Source: Candidatus Omnitrophota bacterium
GTDB lineage: Bacteria > Omnitrophota > Gorgyraeia > 2-02-FULL-51-18
Reading direction: 5' to 3'
Assembly: GCA_945877765.1 (NCBI GenBank)
Contig: CAMDWQ010000002.1
Span: 14,464 to 78,463 of the forward strand
DNA: 64,000 bases
In this document: positions 29,321-37,000 of the stretch, in pieces
Numbering within the stretch: position 1 is the stretch's first letter
Layout: the number at the start of each line of letters is the position of its first letter
Translations under genes and position numbers: made by a program
The notes under the pieces: generated by a model
What the model was told of the DNA's origin: nothing
The model's database searches: none
The model's input: the letters and a program-made list of their open reading frames with translations, nothing else

Positions 29321-31003
29321 ATGAGGCGAAACTGGGTTCTTCATCCGCCTGGTGATGAAGCCCATCGCCTTGCTACTGCATTAAAAATAAACCCGCTGAT
29401 TGCCGGCCTTTTGCTTCGCCGCGGCCTATCCGACCACGGTGAAATCGACCGGTTTCTAAATCCTTCCTTCGAGCACCTCCAAGACCCCTTTGTTTTTGTA
29501 GACATGGCCAAAGCGGTCGAAAGAATCCGTCAGGCGATTCGTCAAAAAGAAAAAATTTTAGTTTACGGCGACTACGATGTTGACGGCATCACCGGAAGCG
29601 CCATTTTGTATCCGGTACTAAAAAAACTTGGCGCCGATGTTGAAGTCCATATTCCACACCGGATGAATGACGGGTACGGGCTTAACCGGGATTCTTTAGA
29701 AAAACTTCTCCGGCAAAAATTCACTCTGGTCATCACGGTGGACAATGGGATCACCGGCGCTGACGAGGTGCGCTATTTAAATGAAAAAGGCGCCGACGTG
29801 ATTATCGTGGATCACCACACTCCCAAAGAGGAGGTGCCGCCGGCGTTTGCGATTGTCAGCAGTGTTGCGGGGGGCAAAGGAGACAATAATCTTGCGGCTT
29901 GCGGACTGGCTTTTAAAGTGGCGTGGGCGCTATTGGGGAGTCTTGAGCAGGCGCTTGAGTATTTGGATTTAGTGGCGGTGGGCACCGTCGCTGATTTGGC
30001 TCCCGTGCTTGGGGACAATCGGATTATTCTTAAATTAGGCCTTCCGCTTTTAGCCAAAACCAAGCGCCCCGGTTTAAGAGCGCTGATGGAAGTCGCCAAA
30101 ATAGAAAAACATTTTGTTTCTTACCGCGATATCGCGTTTGGTTTGGGGCCTCGCATCAATGCGTCGGGACGGATGGGCTCACCGCTGGCGGCGTTTAAGT
30201 TATTGACCACTGAAAATCCTCTCGAAGCCAGGAATCTGGCGCAAATTCTTGACCAGGGCAATCGTGACCGTCAACGGGTGGAAGCAGATGCTTTCGAAGA
30301 GGCAATTGGGCAGGTGGAGATGGATCCGGGTAAAGAAGAGCAAAAAATTATTGTTCTGGAGAATGCGGCTTGGCATGAAGGCGTTCTTGGAATTATTGCC
30401 GCCCGGCTTGTCGAGCGCTACCGCAAGCCCGCCATTGTGATTTCGCTAAAAGGCAATGTGGGAAAGGGATCTGGCCGATCGATTCCTTCCTTTTCTATTT
30501 ATGACGCCATGCTTCCTCATGAAACGCTCATGGTAAATTTTGGCGGCCACGCCCAAGCGTGTGGTTTAACGATACAAAAAGAAAATATTCAGGCACTTCG
30601 TCAAAGCCTAAACCGTGCGGATTACAAAATGGGCGATCTGTCGGAAGGCGTTGATTTGGCTGTGGACGGGCAGATGCTGGCGGCCGATATCGGAGCGCCT
30701 TTTTTGAAAGCGTTGGGCCAGATGACGCCCTTTGGACCGGGAAACCCAAAACCTTTGTTTGTTTCTAAGAATATGAAAGTACGCGGAGAAGTGAGAAAAC
30801 GCGGCAAAGACACGCTTCAATGCTGGATGACGGATCAAGCGGGTAAAATCACGTTGGAAGTGATAGGGTTTCGTTCGTATGGACGCTGGATGTCTGATGG
30901 GCAAGAAAAAAGCGCCGTTGATATTGTGTATCAACCGGCGCTTAAAACATTTAATGGCATTACTTCAATCCAGCTAGAGCTGGAGGACTGGCGGTCAGGC
31001 TGA
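29321..31003 (+). CDS. recJ: ssDNA exonuclease RecJ
   Basis: YGDYDVDGIT, TVDNG, DHH, GPRINASGR, GKGSGRS, FGGHAQACG, PFGPGNP. Confidence 0.96.
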   Translation: MRRNWVLHPPGDEAHRLATALKINPLIAGLLLRRGLSDHGEIDRFLNPSFEHLQDPFVFVDMAKAVERIRQAIRQKEKILVYGDYDVDGITGSAILYPVLKKLGADVEVHIPHRMNDGYGLNRDSLEKLLRQKFTLVITVDNGITGADEVRYLNEKGADVIIVDHHTPKEEVPPAFAIVSSVAGGKGDNNLAACGLAFKVAWALLGSLEQALEYLDLVAVGTVADLAPVLGDNRIILKLGLPLLAKTKRPGLRALMEVAKIEKHFVSYRDIAFGLGPRINASGRMGSPLAAFKLLTTENPLEARNLAQILDQGNRDRQRVEADAFEEAIGQVEMDPGKEEQKIIVLENAAWHEGVLGIIAARLVERYRKPAIVISLKGNVGKGSGRSIPSFSIYDAMLPHETLMVNFGGHAQACGLTIQKENIQALRQSLNRADYKMGDLSEGVDLAVDGQMLAADIGAPFLKALGQMTPFGPGNPKPLFVSKNMKVRGEVRKRGKDTLQCWMTDQAGKITLEVIGFRSYGRWMSDGQEKSAVDIVYQPALKTFNGITSIQLELEDWRSG

Positions 31004-31258
31004 GACGGCTTCGGGCTTCCAGGTACGTCTGGGGGCTTTGACGACCTTGCCAGCTTTGAGGTAGTTGGCGGCAACCAGAACTCGTTTGACGGTGCCGTTT
31101 TCAATAATCTTGACGGATTGTAAATTGGGCTTAAAACGACGGCAGGTGATGCCGGTGGTCTTAAGACCGATACCGCCGGACTTCTTGGCAATACCGCGAC
31201 GGGCAATACGTTTTCCCATTTTTGGCTTTTTTCCGGTAAAATAGCAAACTTTAGACAT
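30995..31258 (-). CDS. rpmB: 50S ribosomal protein L28
   Basis: MSKVCYFTGKKPKMG...RRFKPNLQ; ATG 31258 with GGAG RBS; convergent 9-nt overlap with recJ. Confidence 0.93.
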   Translation of the reverse strand: MSKVCYFTGKKPKMGKRIARRGIAKKSGGIGLKTTGITCRRFKPNLQSVKIIENGTVKRVLVAANYLKAGKVVKAPRRTWKPEAVSA

Positions 31259-31337
31259 CGAGAACTCCTTAAAAATAGTTAAATTGAGAAGCAGTAATGT
31301 ATCACGGTGCTCGTGGAGAGCGCAAGAGAAATTCTTC

Positions 31338-33422
31338 ATGGAACAAACGATCTCCTTAAAAACCCCCCTGCAGTACTTAAAGGGCGTGGGGCCTGAGCGC
31401 TCCAAGGTCTTGGCGCGGCTAAACCTCGTGACCATCCTGGACTTGCTGTATTTTTTCCCCCGCCGCTACGAAAATCGCCTGCCGGTGAAGCTTATTGGCG
31501 AGTTGGTTTTTGAGGACAAGGAGTGCGTTCGTGGTGTTGTTTCTAGCTGTGGGGTGATGCGTCTGCGGACGGGGCAGGTGATTTTAAAGGTTGTGATTTC
31601 TGATGGCAAGTCACAGATGCACGGTCTTTGGTTTAATCAAGCGTATCTTAAAAAGACATTCACCCCCAAATCAAGCGTGATTTTTTATGGAAAAGCCGAA
31701 AAATCCGGCAAGCAGGCGCAAATGGTTCATCCCGAATATGAGATATTCCCCGGGGATGTTCCAGCCCAAACAGTTCATACAGGCAGAATCGCTCCCATCT
31801 ATCCTCTGACGGAAGATTTGGCGCAAAAAGGGATTCGCCAGTTGGTTTATCGGGCGCTTGAGATATTTTCAAGCCTGTTGCGGGATCCTTTGGCGCTTTC
31901 GATGAAAAATCGTCTTGATCTTCCTGACCGCGCTTGGGCGATCCGCCAGATTCATTTTCCGGATGAGGAAAGAAATGCGCTGTCGGCGTATCGCAGGCTT
32001 GTATTTGATGAATTTTTCATGATGCAGATTGTATTGGAGATGAAAAAAGCTGAATATCAAAAAGAAAACCGGCTGATGACTCACGGTGATAAAAAGGCCC
32101 AGGTGGAGCAATTTTTGACGACGCTTGATTTTGAGTTGACTGCGGGCCAGGAAAAAGCTGTGTGGGAAATAATTGCGGATCTGCAATCGGGGCATGTGAT
32201 GAATCGGCTGGTGCAGGGCGATGTTGGTAGCGGCAAAACCGTGGTGGCCGCGGCGGCTCTTGTTTTTACTGCGGCTAATGGCTTCCAGGGGGCGCTGATG
32301 GCGCCGACCGAAGTCTTGGCGCAGCAGCATTATTTAAAACTTTCTCAGTTTCTTGAGCCTTTGGGAATTGCCTGTGGGTATCTTGCTCAAAATCTTCCCG
32401 CAGCCGAAAAAGAAAAAATCCTAACGCGTTTGGCAGATGGCTCGGTTGACGTGGTGGTTGGCACGCACTCGTTGATTCAAGAGGGTGTGCGTTTTAAAAA
32501 GCTGGGTCTTGCAGTCATTGATGAACAGCATAAATTTGGCGTGTTCCAGCGAGGGGCACTGGCGAAAAAGGGTTTTGAGTCGGCGCATCTTCTTTTGATG
32601 ACTGCGACACCGATTCCCAGAACCTTGGCGCTGACACTTTACGGGGATCTTGATATTTCCATCATTGGTGAGTTGCCTCAGGGGCGCCAGCCGGTGCGGA
32701 CGTTGTGGGTCACTGAGAATCGTAGGCAGGCGATGTATGCGCTTTTGGATTCTTTTTTGGCCAAGGGAAGTCAAGGGTATGTGCTTTGTCCGCTGATTGA
32801 ATTTAAAGGAAAAGAAGACGTTAAGAGTATTTTTAAGGCTTACGAAGATCTCTCGCAAGTTTTGTCGCATCGAAAATTTGGTATTTTGCATGGCAAAATG
32901 AAGAGCGATGAAAAAAAGAAAGTCATGCAAGAGTTTAAAGAAAAGAAGATCGATGTGCTTATTTCTACTGTCGTGATCGAGGTAGGGATCGACGTGCCCA
33001 ATGCCAATATCATGATCATTGAAAATGCGGAAAAATTTGGCTTGGCGCAGCTGCATCAGTTACGGGGGCGTGTGGGACGTGGGGCTGAGGAATCCTACTG
33101 CATTCTTTTCTCGGAGGCACGCGGCGAGGATTCTATTGAAAGGTTGGAAGCATTTACCAAGACCTCCAGCGGCTTTGAGATTGCCGAGAAGGATTTAAGT
33201 CTTCGCGGCGGAGGTGACATCGTGGGTGAGAAACAGCACGGCCTGCCTCCACTACGCATTGGGGATATCGTGCGGGATATTGCAATTCTTGAATTGGCCA
33301 AAAAAGAGGCTAGGAAAATCGTCTCGGTCGACCCAAAACTTCTCGCGCCCCAAAACCGACTGGTCCGCCGTGCCGTGGAAAGCCGGTACGGGATAAGCTC
33401 GAAAACAGCGGCTCTCTCTTGA
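31338..33422 (+). CDS. recG: ATP-dependent DNA helicase RecG
   Basis: LKGVGP, QGDVGSGKT, DEQHKFG, TATPIPRTL, QLHQLRGRVGRG; start ATG 31338. Confidence 0.97.
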   Translation: MEQTISLKTPLQYLKGVGPERSKVLARLNLVTILDLLYFFPRRYENRLPVKLIGELVFEDKECVRGVVSSCGVMRLRTGQVILKVVISDGKSQMHGLWFNQAYLKKTFTPKSSVIFYGKAEKSGKQAQMVHPEYEIFPGDVPAQTVHTGRIAPIYPLTEDLAQKGIRQLVYRALEIFSSLLRDPLALSMKNRLDLPDRAWAIRQIHFPDEERNALSAYRRLVFDEFFMMQIVLEMKKAEYQKENRLMTHGDKKAQVEQFLTTLDFELTAGQEKAVWEIIADLQSGHVMNRLVQGDVGSGKTVVAAAALVFTAANGFQGALMAPTEVLAQQHYLKLSQFLEPLGIACGYLAQNLPAAEKEKILTRLADGSVDVVVGTHSLIQEGVRFKKLGLAVIDEQHKFGVFQRGALAKKGFESAHLLLMTATPIPRTLALTLYGDLDISIIGELPQGRQPVRTLWVTENRRQAMYALLDSFLAKGSQGYVLCPLIEFKGKEDVKSIFKAYEDLSQVLSHRKFGILHGKMKSDEKKKVMQEFKEKKIDVLISTVVIEVGIDVPNANIMIIENAEKFGLAQLHQLRGRVGRGAEESYCILFSEARGEDSIERLEAFTKTSSGFEIAEKDLSLRGGGDIVGEKQHGLPPLRIGDIVRDIAILELAKKEARKIVSVDPKLLAPQNRLVRRAVESRYGISSKTAALS

Positions 33423-33970
33423 AAATTTTATCCGGCTATTTAAAAGGGCGACTGGTGCATTTTAAACCCAGCCAGACTTTAAGGCCCACTGCCGATGTGG
33501 TGCGCAAAGCCATTTTTGATACGCTCCAGGGCGCTCTCGAAGGAAAGCGGGTGCTGGATGTTTTTAGTGGTACAGGCGCGATGGGTTTTGAAGCGCTCTC
33601 ATCCGGCGCCAGCGAGGTTCTGTGGGTCGAAGCTGAACGAACACAGACAGCCTCTATTGAAAAAACAATCACAGCGCTCGGCTTGGAGGGTGTCGGCAGG
33701 GTAATTCATTCGGATGCCTTCAAGGCTATCGAGAGTCTGGGCCGTCACGGGGAAGTATTTGACCTTATTTTTTTAGACCCGCCCTATCATCAAGGATTAG
33801 GCCAGAGAGCGGTCGGGTTAATTTCCCGATTGGGACTTTGCCGTGCCGGCGCATTTGTCATATTAGAAACTCACAAAACGGAAGACCCTCCAGAGATTGT
33901 GGGTGGGTTGAAAGCAGTCAAAACCAAGAAGCATGGGGATACCAAGATTACGTTTTACCGACAAGATTAA
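33419..33970 (+). CDS. rsmD: 16S rRNA (guanine-966-N2) methyltransferase
   Basis: LRPT..VRKAIF, LDVFSGTGAMGFEALS, FLDPPY. Confidence 0.93.
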   Translation: MKILSGYLKGRLVHFKPSQTLRPTADVVRKAIFDTLQGALEGKRVLDVFSGTGAMGFEALSSGASEVLWVEAERTQTASIEKTITALGLEGVGRVIHSDAFKAIESLGRHGEVFDLIFLDPPYHQGLGQRAVGLISRLGLCRAGAFVILETHKTEDPPEIVGGLKAVKTKKHGDTKITFYRQD

Positions 33971-34057
33971 AACGACTCACGCAACAAAGCAAACCCTCCG
34001 CCCGACTTGTATCAGCCTCCCCTCTCAGGCATACTTACGCAACCCATAACATAACCC

Positions 34058-37000
34058 ATGAAATTAGATATGTTTATTAACCGCAACCTTTTCAAAAGAC
34101 GAAACCGAATAGGCCTCCGCCTGATATCGCTAGGTCTCGTTATGTCCTTTTTATTCCAAGACTTAAGCTATGGGGGTCAGAGAGGGCAAGACAGGCCGCT
34201 GGCACAGAAGACAATCTACCTTGTTCAGGATGCCCACTCGAATCTCTCTGGGCAGAAAAGTGTAGCTACGATTATCCAGGGCCTCGCGTTAAATGAAAAG
34301 GTTAAAACCATTTACCTGGAAGCGGGTAACGGAAATGAGTCCCTGTCGTTTCTACGCGGGGATGCTGATGCTGAGCGGCTTAAAATAGCGGCAGCTTCCT
34401 ATCTAATTTCCGGTCGCTTGCGTGGTTTTGAATTTGCCAATCTCACGTCTACCCCAAACCTAACTCTTTGGGGCGTCGAAGATATGGAGTTGTACGCCAA
34501 ATCCTTATCTGCCTACCAAATGGTTTCCAAAGATCGGGGTCGGCTGTCCGCTTATCTCGATCGATCGGTTTCGGCGGCGGAAACCCTTAAGAGCTCGGTG
34601 TACGGCGGGGCCCTTCTTTCGTTCGATCAGACAATTGCCGGTTTAAAGGTCAAAAACGACCCTGAAAGTGTAATCCATTTCATCAGTGGAGAGGCGGTAA
34701 AAGCTGGGATCGATCCCAAAAAATACCCTCACGTGCGCGCGTATGTTTCACTAAAAAAATTGGAAACGCGTATCGATTTTGAAAAAGCCAGTAAAGAGCA
34801 GGCTGAGGCGGCCGGCAGCCTCGACCCCGCAGAGATAAGCAAGTACCCGAATCTTTTACTCTACGCCCGATACGAAAAGCGCGCTGCCGTTTTACGTTCG
34901 GCGGCGTTTGTTTTGGAGGTGGACGCGCTTGAGGCACAGCTTTATGAGCGCTTTGCTGCATCGTCCGACGAAAAAAAACTTCTTCAAGCCTCGCGCGATC
35001 TTGCGCTCTTCAAAAAACTGATCGCGTTGACGCTGACGCCTGATGAATACACCGAATATCTATCGCGTGGGGAGTCGATGGAAATAGAGCGGATCACGGG
35101 TTTCCTTAACAAGAAAATAGTCGACTTGAATAAATTTTACGAAAAAGCCGTATTTCTCGAAGAGGGTTACGCGAACTCCGTCAAAATCTGCGAAGATTTT
35201 TATTCGCTAACGCTCCAAAGAGACGAGCGTTTCGTCGCTAATACGCTGACCCAGATGAAGGAGCGGGGAGAGAATAAAGCCGTTCTCATAACCGGCGGTT
35301 TCCACGCGCCGAATTTGAAGCGCTTGTTCGCCGAGCGGAACGTAAACGTCGTTTCCATCGTTCCGCGGATCGAGCAGGAAACCAACTTGAAAAATTACGA
35401 GTCGCAGCTCCTGGGTCCTTTTGCCGGGCAATTTAACAAATCTGCCCACACCGTCTCAACTCATACCAACATGCCTGTCGGCCTCCTGACACGCGACGCG
35501 CTCGGCGGCCCGGACGGCGTAGATTTCTGCGCAGCTATCCACGGCGCCCGCCTTTCCGCCAAAGATCTTCATAAAAAAATGCGTCAACGCTCTTCCTTGC
35601 TGGGTCTCCCCGGAGTAGGGCTTAAGTCAAAAATTCTGTCCGGCGCGCGGCTCGCGAAAGTCGATGCGATGAGCGTAGAAGAAAATGGAAGGGCCGCGAA
35701 AATCATCGAACGCTTTATTCGGCTCAAAGACCAGGCCTATTTATCATCGGGATTGAATGTGAGTTCCAGAAACAATTTTAGCAATCTTGTTACTCATCGA
35801 ATGAGCTCGGGGGAGAGACTATTGAGTTGGTATTTCCTGAGCAATGAGCAATGCGTTGTGTGGGAGGACCTCGAGGATTTCAAAACTAATCTTACGTTGT
35901 CTGTAAGTGTGCTGGATCACGCACTAAGATACGAATCTTCAGAGCTCGCGGAGGTTCCAAAAGATATGATTCAGCGAATTACCGGCTATCGAATGGCCGA
36001 AGGATTCGCTCTGGGCATCAATTTATCACTTTTAAATAAAGGGTTTTTGCCCGAACATAAGGCTCAAATCAAGGTCTTACGAGACAATCTTCATGCAATC
36101 GCCTACGACTGGAGCGCTTTGGTTGATTCTGTGGAAAATCGCCAAGCGACTGAAGGCGCCCGGTTGGCAGAAAGCAAGCCAGTAAGTGCCGCGCGCCTAG
36201 CCGATAATGCAATTGTGACGGGCATTGATTCGCCGTATCCTTGGGATGATTTACGTCAGGAAGATGCAAGAAAAGCGCAGTTTAAAAAACCCTATTTTCA
36301 TGATTTTTTGAAAAATTGTTTCGCTGGGCAAGAGTCTGTCAAAGCCGTTGATATCGGAACCGGTGACGGTTGGTTTGTGGATGAAATCGCCCCGATCTTT
36401 GAGACGCTGTTCCCCGGCGCTATCGTCCAGGGCGTTGAGACGGATGTTGCTTTTGGATTTGAGAATCCAAGCGCCTTTCTCGCTAAGAATGGCCCTGAGT
36501 CAATGGATTTTGTTTCCATCGTTGCCCCGGACCCCATGCGACGAACGGAGCAAATGGAGGTCGCTGATGTATTGTTGCGCCCCAATGGAGTTTTATACAT
36601 CTCGGGCAATTACATGACCAATATATGGGCAACTTCCTGGCTTCTGGAGCGCGGTTACTCCATTTCCCGCATTCCAAGTTTCAACCAAGGACCTCCTTTT
36701 AGTCCTTATGAAGGCCAAGAATTTAGCGGGATCATTTTAGCTAGCAAATCAAATATAAAAGGTTTTCAGTATTTGAAAAAAATGGGATGGGACGTCTTTG
36801 TGTATAATGGCGCCCGTTTGGCCAATATTTCTATTGTCCAGTTACCGGATATCGTACGAGTCGCCGATCGTGTTATAGATTTTATCGATCACGGGGTAGA
36901 GTTTAGCAATGATAGGGAACAGTTGCTCGCTGCATTGAAGTTGGTTGATTTTATGTCGAATAATTTGAATGAATTTGTTCCCGATACCCGTCAAAGAACC

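Noticed and set aside
30995-31435. 146-aa version of rpmB and its long overlap with recG
   Set aside because: The real starts are 31258 (rpmB) and 31338 (recG), leaving an ordinary divergent gap.
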